Notes: generated by a model not told the origin, from the sequence alone. 64,000 nt of DNA from Podospora anserina (GCA_017654855.1 CM030336.1:2666001-2730000), one strand, 5' to 3'. Positions 47,870 to 60,529 are shown, numbered from the stretch's first letter. Numbers and translations are program-made.

Positions 47870-49092
47870 TGTGGGACACTGAAGGGCCTGGGTTTTCCCA
47901 GACCCACACCGGTTTTGCTTTTGGGGCTGGATTTTCTTACTGTTTTCTTTTTAACCAACAACCAACTACTGTAATACTAATTTGTTTACCATTTTTCTGG
48001 CCAATTTTGGCCTTATTTTCGCAGCCAGTGACTTTCCTAGGTCACTAGCCCTACAGGTTATAAGCTCCTTTGACGCTTAAATTACTAAGAAAACCGAAGT
48101 TAATGCCCTTATCGATAACCCGACCTCGCAAGGCCGAATACTACACCGGACCTTACGACTTTTCGACCTTTGTTAGGCTAATATCACGCAATTAGACCTT
48201 TCGACAGCGATTTTGGAGGTATTAAGAGAGTTAACTAACTTCTTAATTAATGGAAGCCTGGTTTTAACCCTGACCCTTATTTTAACGAAAAGTTAAAGCG
48301 ACCGACTACCCCTCACCGATAAGAATATAGTTTACGGCGCTAACCTTCTCCTAGCCAAATTTCCTTAGTTTTACTATTTCTATAACCTTTTAACTAGGAA
48401 ATCACTATTTTCCGGCAGTAGTCGAAAACTCTATCCTGCTTTATTAGGAAACCGATAGCGGAGTAAGTATCTCGCCCTCTACTTAAATTAATTTAATCCA
48501 CTATTAGTGTGACGAACCCCTGTACAGAACCTCTGAAAGGAATACGGGTTGAAGGTAACTTCTGACAATTAATTCGGTGCAGCTAAACAGTGCACAACAA
48601 GATATCTCAATATAAACATAAGATACTATAAATACAATTGTGAATTGCATACTGCGGAACTGTCTATCTACACTAGCCAGTTCCTCCGTATATATAGATC
48701 CTGGGGCCCTGAGGTGCTCGCCCTGCTACGGCCCCGATTACCCATAGCACATTGCATCCTGCAAAGTGCTCGTCGTGCTATGCCTCTGATCACTCGTAGC
48801 ATCTTGTATCCTGCAGAGTGCTCGTGTGTCTTGGCGCCATAGCACTTTCGTCCAGCCCTAATTGGCTGTCTCCTAACTTCTCTAATGATTGGCTAGGGAC
48901 GTCCTGCGCCCCACATATGGCGCGGCCTGCTATTGGGTTAACTGTGATAATTAGCGATTATAAAATAGTTAGTATTAACGTTACTATAGCCTAACTTTTA
49001 AAGTTTATAAAAGCTATAGGGAATATTAATACCGTCGCTACAATTAAGTAACGAAACTTTTAAGCTTTACCGGTTTTAAATTTAAAGACCGA
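47870..49092 (+). mobile_element. 5' fragment of a second copia element (LTR 47870-48055, PBS, start of gag) with a nested solo LTR
   Basis: Colinear with 36900-37750; no 3' LTR. Confidence 0.92.
48508..48949 (-). mobile_element. Solo LTR (crapaud-like: conserved TATA-containing half plus variable half)
   Basis: TG...TA (RIP of CA) ends, TSD ATTAG; shares ~190 bp with 49093, 49633 and 61234. Confidence 0.9.
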
Positions 49093-49490
49093 TGTCACGA
49101 ATATAATGTGGATACCCGTAAAGAACAACCAATAGGGAAGAGGAGGCACGGCAGCCAATAAAGAGAAAGGAAGATAGACTAGTAAGAAGTAAATTATTCG
49201 GGACATAAAGGAATTATAAGCGATTCCCAGGAATCACTTATAATCCTTAAGAGTCAGTTATGATCCGGGGAGAAACAGAATAATCCAGGCTTAGCATTAG
49301 GTCTATATATACGGACGAATTAAATAGCTTGCAGATAGTTCCGCAATATACAATTCACAATTATATTTATAGTATCTTATGTTTATATTAAGATATTTTA
49401 TTATACACTATTTAGCTACACCGAACTAATTATTAGAAGTTACCTTTAACCCGTATCCCTTTTAAAGGTTCTATATAGAGGTTCGGTATA
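49093..49490 (+). mobile_element. Solo LTR, same family, RIP-mutated, with non-matching flanks
   Basis: Conserved half tatatatacgga...gttcg; flanks ACCGA and TAAAT differ. Confidence 0.85.
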
Positions 49491-49632
49491 TAAATCCTTA
49501 TATTTAGCCTTTTAGTAAGTATATTTACGCGTAAAACGTATATAAAACTATAACTAGCGTTTAGCGAAATTATATACTTAAAGCTTACTAATAAGGGGCA
49601 CGTCATATACGTATAGTAATTAGCTAGCTATA

Positions 49633-50026
49633 TGTTACGGATTGACACTTAGTAAGGCGCGGAGCGCACCGCGGACCAATGACACGTGGTGGGGTATAGG
49701 GCGTACTACGGACCAATTAGGACAGGATCAATAGGATCGAGGATCGATCCAGGAGAGTCAACCCCAAAAGGGATAATATCGATAGGATCGAGGGTCGAGT
49801 CTATCGATCCAGGATAGTGCTAGGCTTGGCACAGGGTCTATATATACGGAGGAACTGGCTGGTGTAGATAGACAGTTCCGCAGTATGCAATTCAGCTTGT
49901 ATTTACGGTATCTAGTGTTTACATTGAGATATTTTGTTGTGCACTGTTTAGCTGCACCGAACTAATTGTCAGAAATTACCTTCAACCAGTATCCCTTTCA
50001 GAGGTTCTGTACAGGGGTTCGTCACA
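49633..50026 (+). mobile_element. Solo LTR (crapaud-like)
   Basis: TGTTAC...GTCACA ends, TSD CTATA. Confidence 0.92.
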
Positions 50027-50237
50027 CTATATCTTCCACACCACGCAATTTTAATAGAAAAGCTCGCGTATATAGGTTAATAACGTATTAAACAATAACA
50101 TCCTCTTCGGATTAAGTAAACTTCTTCGATTTGGGCGTAGTATCGCGTTGTACAAGCCGGCCAGCGCGCCGATACCCTAGAGTCTTACGATCGACTCCAT
50201 AGATCTTAGCTGCGGCTCGTTCGCTTAGATTCTTATC

Positions 50238-50746
50238 TGTTACGCCCCAAGCATAATAACCCCGTGAAGGAACCACTGGGTGGTTCCCGAGGTGCTGGGA
50301 CACCTCAGCGAATCATTGGGCCAGGGATGGGAAGACCCACAAAGTCCCCATGTGACTAATCAGGAGGTGCTCAGTCTGATCAGTGGCCAAGACCACTAAG
50401 CACACTGAGCACATCGATCATGAAAGATTGCTCAGTCTGCTCAGCCGCCAAGACCACTGAGCACACTGAGCAAGGTACAAAGATACTTCAGAAACATATG
50501 TAGATAGCTGCACATAAATAGGAGGGAGCGCCCAGCGCTCTCCGTGTCGAGGAATCTGATTCCTCACGCAAGCAATCAAGTTCATTTGTCTACAATCTAC
50601 TCTCAAGTAGTTCTTTGTAGAACGACCTGTTGTTGACAGTGAACCCCTTGTCTGAGACGCTTGTCACAACCTTCGATTATCCTGTCATATTCACCTCTGG
50701 CGTACTGCCTTGCAGTCTGTATCCATTCCCGGTGCAGGTTGTAACA
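50238..50746. mobile_element. Solo LTR of another family (509 bp)
   Basis: TGTTAC...GTAACA inverted ends, TSD TTATC; splits the Fot1 transposase. Confidence 0.9.
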
Positions 50747-50864
50747 TTATCGTTTTAAAGCGCTTAGAGGGCTAAAATTATGTAGGCTTCATTTAAATTA
50801 GAAGGCATCTTGGATGGTTAAGGAAATTGTTGTTGAGTGCAAAGGTGTCATATCACGAAGGAAG

Positions 50865-50949
50865 TGGGTCACTCGCTTATATGGGTCACTCGCTTATATG
50901 GGTCACTCGCTTATATGGGTCACTCGCTTATATGGGTCACTCGCTTATA
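50865..50949. repeat. 5 perfect copies of the 17-bp unit TGGGTCACTCGCTTATA inside the transposon end
   Basis: Direct reading; adjacent to the ACGT terminus. Confidence 0.95.
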
Positions 50950-50957
50950 ATATACGT

Positions 50958-53726
50958 TATCGTGTCTAGATTGCCCACTAACCCGTCTAGAATCACTCGC
51001 CGGTTCATGTTAACGTCTGGTTGATCCCCTCTGATGCTTGCCTTATCTTGTGGCTTCCCTGGTGATGCCTGGTTCTTCTTGCGACTGGTCCCTTTAGGAT
51101 CAACCCAGTTGACAGGATCGTTCCCCGCGTACGCGTAGAGATTAGGGCCATCGATCGTTCCGGCAGGGTCCGCAGACGTCCAACGACCGAGCCAGGGGCA
51201 GTAGTACCGCTTCCCACAGCGATACAGCCCAGTCTCTCTGTCATGCTCGTAGCGGGCAGGTCGGTACTTCCTCGGAGCTTCCACCTCAACGTAGACTGCC
51301 GAGTAGACGACGCTGCCAAAGGGAGAGTATTCCTCATACGATACAAGATTGGCTTCGTCATCAAGCTCGAGGCTGTCTCCGATTCGGAACCGTGCCGGAG
51401 GTTTTTGTTGATTGCTTCCCGTCTCCACCAGCGCCAGAGTGTCGTCGCCTGTGACCTGAGCAATCCAAAGCTCAGTCTCGCCGCTTTTCGCTTGCACCTC
51501 CGCGCCTCCGAGATAGAGCGGGTCCCTCAGCTTGCGTGACTCCCCGCCCTGACCGGCAGCAGACTCAGTCACTTTGCGTATGCGGGTGCCAGCATGATCA
51601 TAGACGTAGTAGGTCCTCTCTGGTGTGCTTTGGTTGACGCGCTGCGTGGAAGAGAACGACAGCATGTTGTACATATTCCAGTCGAGTTCGGCGAACTTGG
51701 GCAAGGTTGTCATGCACCAAGCAAGACCAGCCTCTCCCGCGTAGGCATATCTGCCTTCGTCGTTGTTGCCGATGGTGGTTCTGCTCAGGCGGTTGCTCTT
51801 GACGTTTAGATCGGTGCTGAGCAGGCTCTGTTCCTCGTAGAAGTAGTTTCTCGTCTATCCGCTCACGCTGAGGTTGCTTGGTGCCTCGTGCTTCATCTGC
51901 TGGATGTTGCCTTCGAGGTCATATTGGTATGTCTCGCGGTACTGGTAGAGTAGGTTGCTGTCGGTGACGCCTGGGGATGGGTTGAGACCGTTCAGACAGC
52001 TATGGGGTCGGAGCTGATTCGCGGCGATGAGCGCTGATGAGAGCTGCGCCCTCCCTGTTGCGGCGGACATTCTTCCAGTCACATCGTAGGTGTAGTCCCA
52101 TTCAGGCTTGGCCCAGCTGCCGTGAAAATACTTGGCCTGCTCGGAGCTATCACTCATGAAAACCTTTCGCCCCTCGCAGTCGTAATGTGTGGGACACTGA
52201 AGGGCCTGGGTTTTCCCAGACCCACACCGGTTTGCTCTTGGGGCTGGATTTTCTTACTGTTTTCTTTTTAACCAACAACCAACTACTGTAATACTAATTT
52301 GTTTACCATTTTCTGGCCAATTTTGGCCTCATTTTCGCAGCCAGTGACTTTCCTAGGTCACCAGCCCTACATAATGATACGTCATGTCTTCCAGAACTTC
52401 TCTTCCATTCCGTGATCTGCGTGTGATCTGCTTGGAGATGAGCTACCTCGACTTTTCATCATAAGAGAAGTTTGTCGCGGCACCGTTGCCGTATGTGACG
52501 GTGATGGAAGACCATCGGCCTCAAATGTTGCCTTGGTCAGATACGACGTCCAGAGCCCAGTTTTGGCGGCCATAAACTCCACACGCTTGGCACACCCTCT
52601 CCGGTCATGGGATCTGCGTGTGTGGTTGCCCTGGGCGTCCTTTTCTTCCAGCACTTGGCCGAGGTTGTTGTACACCCAAGTGTGAGAGTAGACCGCACCT
52701 TCCAAAGCATTGGTCGTCCTCCAGTCGACCACTTGCTTGTACTCTTGCGTTGCCTGAAACGTATCCTCAAGACAATATCCGTGGATGTCAAAACGAAGAC
52801 TTTGACGAACACTTGACTGGTCCTCCACCTTGAAGACTTGGCCCTTCAGATTGAGCATCGCGGCGTCGGAAACAGTCTCCCCGTAAGTGAACCTCACAGT
52901 GACTTGGGTGCTTCTGCACTATTCTGCGCCAGCCGTTCAGTTTCTCGGCCCAAGGCATCGTAGTGGGACTTGAAAGAGTATCCGCGGCAGTTCCAAGACA
53001 GGAGGTCCCCGCCTTGAGAATCCTGAAGGGACCATGATTCACCCTCGTCCATCACTGTCTTCTGCAGCAGGTGGCCAAGGTTGTTGTAGACCATCTTTGT
53101 CACAATCCGGTTGTGCGAGTCAATGTCCCGGGTCTTGTTTCCGTTGATATCGTAAACAAAGCGACGCGTGTAAGTCTCCCCGCAGGCTCTGCGTTCCGTT
53201 CGAATGGGCAACCCGCAGCTGCCGATGTGTGTCACTGTCGGGACATCTGCAATATGGCTGACTTTTCCGCGGCTTGTTTCTCTTGGGCCGTCCCCTTTTG
53301 ACGTACGTTGTACCAGCTTGGTTGATATCTGGCCGTCCAAATCCTGGCAAAGAAGCATCCCACGTCGGGATCTTCTTGGGGACGAGACTTGAGAACCAAG
53401 TCGCCGGCAGTGTAATCTGTCTGTGTCCAGGAAGTATACACAATCTTGGTCCAGGTAGAGTAAGCCGATAAGGAGGCAACACAACAACCCATGGCATCGA
53501 AAAATGCAGTTGCAGCACAGGACTTCATGAGGAGGGCAGAAACGGCCGTCGGCAAGCTCGCAAAACAAGGCTGGAAAGTGCGGATGGCATGACCATGGCT
53601 GTCCGGCATGGCAAGGCCAGATATATGCCACTTGTTCTCGAAGGAATCCGGATCATTTAACTGCGCTTCCTGGAACGGAGTCCCACGACCGGTCATGTAG
53701 GAGATACTGACGTGATCTTGGGACAA
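50958..53726 (-). pseudogene. Tc-toxin TcB/TcC-like YD/RHS-repeat gene with RHS core; frameshifted and truncated at both ends
   Basis: YDINGN, YDALGR, LNLKGQ, YTYDVTGR, YQYDLEGNI, YEEYSPFG and ETGLYRCGKRYYCPWLGRWTSADPAGTIDGPNLYAYAGNDPVNWVDPKG. Confidence 0.9.
52188..52371 (+). mobile_element. Copia solo LTR inside the RHS gene
   Basis: TG...CA, TSD TAATG, near-identical to 47870-48055. Confidence 0.95.
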
Positions 53727-54780
53727 TCTGACCTTCGAAACGAGAGATCGCGCCTAATACGAACAGAAACGCCGGTGCGGGAGAGCCGGCATTTGCGGTC
53801 GATACTCGGCCCGTTTTGATCTTGAGAGCGCCTGGTTAAGCCTTCTGTTGTCGTTCTTCCCAAAGAGCAAAGTGGTTGATGCAATGAATTGTCCTGCTCT
53901 CGGCATTGCCAAGAGCACGCCGAGCAGCCTCTCCCGCTGGATCGAGAAGGATCTCGTCAACGTCGGCAGCACTGACGTCTAGCACAGGATCCTGGACCAT
54001 TGGGTACTGCCCCGAAGACTCCGAAAGCAAAAATCGTGCCATTTCGCCCCTGCCAAATCTCGATTCTGAGCCTCCTGCTCTTAACGAGGACCAGAAGCCC
54101 TTTGGGCCACAACTACCGCGTTGTGATCCAGGTATACTTTGGTCAGGGTCGACAGTTCCCCGAGCACTTGACGACGGCGCGGATCCCTTATCCTCTTCCC
54201 CAGCCATCGTTGCCAGTGATTTCACATCAGACGATACAACATCCCGGTGTCAAACAGGATACCTTCGGATAGACGATCTGTCGCAAGTATCACAAGTGCA
54301 ACACTCTCCAACCTTTTACCTGGCCTGAGACGTAACGAGGCGCTGCGGTTAAACTCGACACTCGACTCGCCATTGTCAGAGTACTCCACCAAAATTCAGC
54401 TCCCGGGAACCGAATTGTTGTGGCCTATTCGAAAGAGGCCAGAATTGTACTTCGGCTTACCCAACAAAGTTGTTCCACCTGCTCCCTGCGTCGAGAAATG
54501 GGCCAAGCATGTCAAGCCTAGACTGTGGACCGATATCATTAAGTTCCAGAAGAACATGATCATGAATTCCAAACGACGATGTCGAACACCTGGCATGTTT
54601 ATCGAATTACGAATGTCAGGATATGCATCCAAGCAGAAGGAGTTCATTCAGCTGTTCCCCCGGGTATAGATTCTTTGCGATGATGAACGACGGAAGAAGG
54701 AGATCAAACGGTTTGTTCGGGAGTCTGAATGGCTAGAACATAAAGATTTCGGGAAAGTCGAAGTTCGCCAAGGGAGTCCA

Positions 54781-55142
54781 TGTGACAAGGGCTGTAATAT
54801 CAGGGCTTGGAACTCATGGTTCAATTCAGGCTAATAATCTTCAATGGCCTCGAAGTCTGTGATACTGAAAGTGAAGAAGGAAAATACAGTCTTGATGATC
54901 CTGAACGCGTATTTTATCTTCCCTCGCGTGGCCCGTGCCCTTGTTGGCCTCAGGCCATCGCCAAGTCCTCCAATATCCTTCTGGGCCAGTGGGCTTCCTT
55001 TGATAACCGCCTTGCTTCTGATTGTCTGCCTCACTCTTGACAAGAGGCTCACAACGTGCAGCTTCCCCTCCTTAAGGTGATATTTGGCGTTGTTGTTGGT
55101 CATGGTTGTTGGTGGTTGGTGGTTGGCATTTGCCGTGTGACA
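54781..55142. mobile_element. Solo LTR (362 bp)
   Basis: TGTGACA...TGACA, TSD GTCCA; related copy at 60204. Confidence 0.9.
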
Positions 55143-55863
55143 GTCCAAGGCTTTCGATCAAACTTGCCGCTGCCCCCATCCCAGGTCTAGTTCTGGAGCC
55201 CCAGCACGGTTTCAGCATTAAAGAGGGTCTCTATCCCCACCTCCATGTTGAGGGCGGTCAAAAGGACTGCGATTTTGTCAATGGCCTTTTGTTTTGCGCC
55301 ACAGCATCTTGTATGGGGCAGATCTACGGTCAACGGCTTTCGAGGATAGTTGGCATTTTATCCCTAAATGCCTCTAATGTAGCCGTCACAACTGGCCACG
55401 GCATCTTCGAACTACTCACGGATTTGCTCAAAGGCCAACCATAATCGGAACACCGGAGTTTCTTACCGTTTATAAACACCTCAGATGGTGGCTCTGACAG
55501 CGAAGATTCTTCCCCCGATGACATTTTAGACGATGAGTCGAACTGGGATTCGGATAGTGAGATGCCTGACACTAATTCTGACGACTTCCCTTAGCCCTAC
55601 CCAATTGGCAGCGTAGACCTTGCGACAATCCGAGATTGGATCCCAGTTGAGCTACACCGCCTCACCAGCTTGCTCGGTATGGATGATTTCGATCTTGGTT
55701 AACTTTTACATCGGTTTGCCAGCTGGGTTCCATTTTTTAAGCAACCTGTTGGTCAGATGAAGAGCGAAGACACGGACTTCTCCGTGTGGTCGGTTCAACA
55801 TCTTCATACGCCCAAAAACGTATTTTCGGACAAGAGCTGCCAATCGATGAAGGTCTCAGTTGT

Positions 55864-56043
55864 TGTTGGGCTGGCGACCTAGGAAAGTCACTGGCTGCGA
55901 AAATGAGGCTAAAATGGCCAAAAAATGGTAAGCAAATTGGTATTACAGTAGTTGGTTGTTTTAAAAGTAAACAGTAAGAAAATCCAGCCCCAAGAGCAAA
56001 CCGGTGTGGGTCTGGGAAAACCTGGGCCCTTTGGTGCCCCACA
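55864..56043 (-). mobile_element. Copia solo LTR
   Basis: Reverse complement of the 36900 LTR, TSD GTTGT. Confidence 0.95.
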
Positions 56044-56612
56044 GTTGTCGATTCCCCAAATCTCTCCCAAGACGTGGATGCTGGAGTCATGATTAATCTC
56101 GGACCGAAGGCGACGGTGAACGGTAGTCGTGTGCCCGGCTTATCAGAATTCATGGTACACGGAGTTACCTTCACGACAGAGAAGATACGGACAGAAGCTC
56201 CCCTGGGTTTGTTGGCTTGACTTCTAAGTGTATCATCATCTAACTCGGCTTGTCTATAGCTCTGGGGTGCTCAGGCGCATGGGTGGTCACACCTCATACT
56301 CGCACTTTGGTCGGCATGGTTATTGCTGCGTATGAGAACGAACCGTACGTTCACATCATGACTCGTGAGAAGCTTGTAAAGGACATCAAGGCAGCGCTGC
56401 CTAATGGTTTTGAGGTGAAGCTTGATGCCGGCGATTCCACGGATATATAGTTGACACATGACATGAATGAATTGATCTTTGAACAGAACAGCCTTCCTAG
56501 CCCTGACCCGTCACCAATCAATACTGTGGGTATCACCCGGTTGGAGCGCGACGAACTTCAGAAAAGGCCATCTTTAACACATCACATTATTCCAGGTGTT
56601 CATGTGGTGTAC

Positions 56613-58196
56613 GATGAACGATGAGTGCGCAGGATCGAGGATAGGGGCAACAAAGACTACAGCCAGGTCCACAAACGTAACCTCAGACGCAAGACCATCA
56701 AAGTACAGGAGCAAAACCCCAACATCATTCAACAGGTCAAAGATCTTCTTGACAGGACGGCTTACCATAACAAGGGCTTTCTTGGATCCCATGACCGTGG
56801 AATGAGATTTGTCACTCATGCCCAGTTCGAGGAGATTATCACACCCGAAGTTGTCCTTCAAGTGGTTTCCAGTTTGCAATGCTATGCAACTGCACATGAG
56901 CACATGCGAATCGCCCAAGACATCTACTATGGCACCGAAGATGGACGTTGCCCGCCTTGCCGCCGGCTTCTTGCTTCCATCATTGGGACAGGTCAAGATG
57001 CGGTGAACAGGATCAAAACTCTGATGCAAGAAGGCATGAGTGATGTATGCCTTCCTCTTCTTGTTGAAGGAGAAGACACACTGGCTTGTTGACAAGCTGG
57101 AAATCGCCACCAATAAGTCAACGACATGGATCTCGAATCTCGAGAAAATTTTATTGCCATGTCTCGATGCTTTTCAGTACCCTTCATCACATGGAAAGAT
57201 GGGGGAAAGCACTACCACTATGTGTTGAGGGGCGGTGGTCCTCTTCCTATGAAGGGGCCGCTTCCGATGGAGAAGAACCACAAGATGAATGAAGAAGGGG
57301 ACTTTGGGGAGGTTTTCAAAGTCCAGATTAACCCCGGTGATAGGAACTTTGATCCGGAGGTGAGTAAATTTGTATTTCCGAACGGTTACATGCGCTGACA
57401 TGTTCATGATACCTCAAGAAACAAACCGACTTTTTCACTCTCAAGAGACTCAAGAACATGGTGACTCCAACGCGTCTTCTCGAGCGAATGAGTTTGACCT
57501 GGAAATTAGATCTTTGATTTTTGCAGAGAGTCGTGCCCAAACGGTACTGGGTGCCAACGACAATGGCCAAACAAAAAGGCATTCGATCCAGCCCCTGGCA
57601 ACATTTGAGGTGTACGACACGTACGATCCGGAGTTGACATTTTACTTTCTATTCCCTCTGGCAGATGGCAACCATTTCATACCAAGCTCCCGAATTCGGC
57701 AAGGAGGACATGGTATCTCTCAAGACCGATATTTTCAGTCTCGGATGTGTCTTTCTGGAGCACATTACCTGGCTACTCATGGGTGCTGACTCCCTGGACA
57801 AATTCGCCGATGCCAGGGTCAAGGAAGATGTCTACGGCTTCGAGACTGATACCTTTTACAATGTGTCCCAAACCAGAGACGCCGTCTGGCTAAAGAAAGG
57901 CGTCAAAGACTGGATCAGGAGACTGGAAGATCATGAAGACTGCGTCAAAATTGTCTACGATCTGCTCAAGATCATCGAGAGTGACATGCTCGAGGTCGAC
58001 CACCGGAAAAGACTCGGCTCAGAAAAGTTGGTAATCAAGTTGGAGAAGGTTGGGACTAAATGGAAACGTAAGCACTCTCTTTATGGTGAGCGGCACTGGA
58101 AGGCAAACGTATTTGGATTGGATACGCCCAAGGAGCAGAATTCCGGTGCCATAGCACTTGTTTACTCTCAAGATCTCCTTTGGAAACCAAGGACTA
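56613..58196 (+). pseudogene. Ser/Thr protein kinase pseudogene (internal deletion, frameshifts, 3' end hit by a transposon)
   Basis: EGDFGEVFKVQI, YQAPE and TDIFSLGCVFLEHITW are present; HxD/DFG subdomains are absent near 57670. Confidence 0.85.
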
Positions 58197-60140
58197 GGGT
58201 GGATGACCAGGAAATGGCCCACCCACGGATATGGACCACCACCCCCACACCAGCCACACAACCTTAATGAGATTACCCCTGAATGCTTACACTCCCCACA
58301 ACAAGACCAATATTGGGTCAATTTCTATGGAATTTATACCAAAATGTAGCTCAATCACTGTCAGAGTCAGACATTTCGTCTGCTTCCCTCTTACGCCGGT
58401 TTTGAACCCGATAACGTGTGCTACGCCGCACAGGCTCGGCTGGCTCCGGCTGCTCCACATCCTCCTTAGGCACCACTTCTTCCTCCACCACCCTCCCTTC
58501 AATACGAGCCTCTTCCAGGTCACAAAGCCTTACAAACTTGGAATTCGAATCTTCTCTATTCAACTTACGCCTTTTCTTTGCGTCCTGGGCTTTGTGGGCG
58601 TTTTGTTGGTGCCTTGCCGCATCAGCTTTGTGGATGGATACCTCAGATCTCAGTGTGAGTATAGTACTGGTGAGAGTCCTTGCCGCAAGCCGTTTTCCGG
58701 CCGGCGTATGGTTCTTGAGTAGGTCCTTGACCTTCTTAGCCACCTGGGAATCCCCCACGGTATAGAAAGTAGGTGTTTTTGAAGAGAGATCCAACGGCAC
58801 CACAGGGACTACCACCTGGCTTGAAGAGAGCGGTTTGCGCCTACGTATAGGCCATAATCCTGTCCCACGCCAGCCGCCGGCAATATTCTCTTTCCTGAAG
58901 CCCTGCTTGCGGGCAAAGTCATATAGCCGGACCAAGTCGACCTTACCGTCAGGCGTATAGTTAGTAAGGGCGTCGTTTACAGCCACAAGCCTCTTATACG
59001 CCTTCTTTACACTGGAAAAGCAGCTAATATCAAGGGGTTAAAGGACGTGAGAGCAGTAGGGGGGCAAGAAAAGAAGGTAAATATTACTCCTATAGCACCG
59101 GATTATAAAGTCGTTAGTAATATATGAGCCATGGCCATCACAAATAAAAAAACGTGGTTCTAATGGGTCCTTTAATTAAGTCCTTAGGATAAAGACCTCT
59201 TTAAGCTATCCAACGGCCAGGTCGTTACTGGTCCAACCGTTCGATGATACGGCTATATACCAGTCCTTATCGAATTGGTCCTTAAACCATTGCTTTTAAA
59301 GGTCTTGGCCTTTAAAGATTACCCTGGGGGGGAGGACTCTCCTATCCTAGGAGATACACTCCAGTATAGTAGTCCAAATCCTTTTTCCATTCTATTTAAC
59401 GTATACAGACTTTTTATCCCTCATTAAAGACCCCACAACCAAGCCGTTCTCTCCCTGACCTTCCATTATTCCTACTTTATTATAGTTATACCTATTCTTA
59501 GGCTTAATCCAGTTAACGGTAGAATAAAGGTTAAAGAACTTATTGATATTCTCCGGGGTAACTTCGTTAACTCTAGCGTAATCAATCTTCTTTCCCACCT
59601 TCGTTTTGATACTGGGATGACGGCCAATAAAGCGGGTTACCCAGTGCTTCCCAATGGAGTAGATATCGGCTTGTTTAGCCAGCATACTGGCCGCCAGAGC
59701 TCTTACGTTAGCGTGGGTGGGAGCGTAGCCAAGGCTTTCCTAACGAAGGATCTATTAAACGATGAGGTCTTCCTGGCCCTGAGTAAGCCGCTATTGATTT
59801 TTATAGGCCTGTTTGCAAACTTGGGTTCCTAAGATGCGGTACCTCAGTGTAGAACGTAGAACCCCGTACTTGTCGGACGCTTGGCGCTGGCTTATACCAG
59901 CAAGAATGTCTTGTTCGGCATTTGCGAGATCTTCCTCGGTATATTTGGCCATTGATGGGTACCTGGAGCAAAAAGAAGAAAAAGAAATGGTCCATTTTTG
60001 ACCTCTGGGGGTGGAATATAAAGTTGGGGGGGCTTTCGGAGGTCCAGGGTTGTTGAGGGTTTAATGTGGAAAATGGCACTGGTAAGTTCAAGCCAATGTG
60101 GGCCACCTCTGTGGGTGGGCCATTTCCTGGTCATCCAACC
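58197..60140 (-). mobile_element. Fot1/pogo-type DNA transposon (copy 2, less mutated)
   Basis: Same TIRs and TA TSDs as 43735-45683; transposase remnants MAKYTEEDLANAEQ, CDGHGS and LPPYCSHVL*PLD. Confidence 0.95.
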
Positions 60141-60203
60141 TAATAGCGCATCAAGGCGGAGAATACAAGCCAAACGACAGAGCAAAACTTCCGATACCAC
60201 AAC

Positions 60204-60525
60204 TGTGACAAAGGCTGGTGATCAAGGCTTGGAACAGTAGTTCAATACAGCTAATAATCTTCAGTGGCCTCGAAGTCCTTAGTGAAGAAAGTCTATCGAT
60301 ACAAACACGTCCTGAAGACGCGTATTTATTTGTCCTTTCGTAGCCCGTGCCCTAGTAGCCTCGACCAGCTACCGAGTCTTTCCTTGTACTCTATGGGCAA
60401 TATCATTTCTTTAGTAGCCGCGAGGCATTTGATTGTCCGCCCTACTTCCAACCATTGGTTCTCAATTGTACAGGTAGATAGCGCTTAGGCCGTGATGCGG
60501 CTGGTTGCTTGTTTGCCGTACGACA
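60204..60525. mobile_element. Solo LTR related to 54781-55142, non-matching flanks
   Basis: Shared TGTGACAA...GGCTTGGAAC...GCTAATAATCTTCA..GGCCTCGAAGTC; ends in GACA. Confidence 0.8.
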
Positions 60526-60529
60526 GCCG

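Larger units (their letters stand above)
49491..50957 (-). mobile_element. 5' fragment of a second-family Fot1/pogo transposon with two nested solo LTRs
   Basis: End TA|ACGT at 50957; transposase remnant MPSNLNEAYIILAL*AL*ND|KNLSERAAAKIYGVDRKTL. Confidence 0.88.
53906..56450 (+). pseudogene. Trypsin-like serine protease gene (intracellular type), interrupted by two solo LTRs and stop codons
   Basis: IELRMSG...PRV*ILC prodomain-like part, His motif AVTTGHG, Ser motif GCSGAWVV...LVGMVIA. Confidence 0.7.

Noticed and set aside
50865-50949. CRISPR-like or telomeric array
   Set aside because: No spacers and not TTAGGG; the repeats are part of a Fot1-type transposon end.
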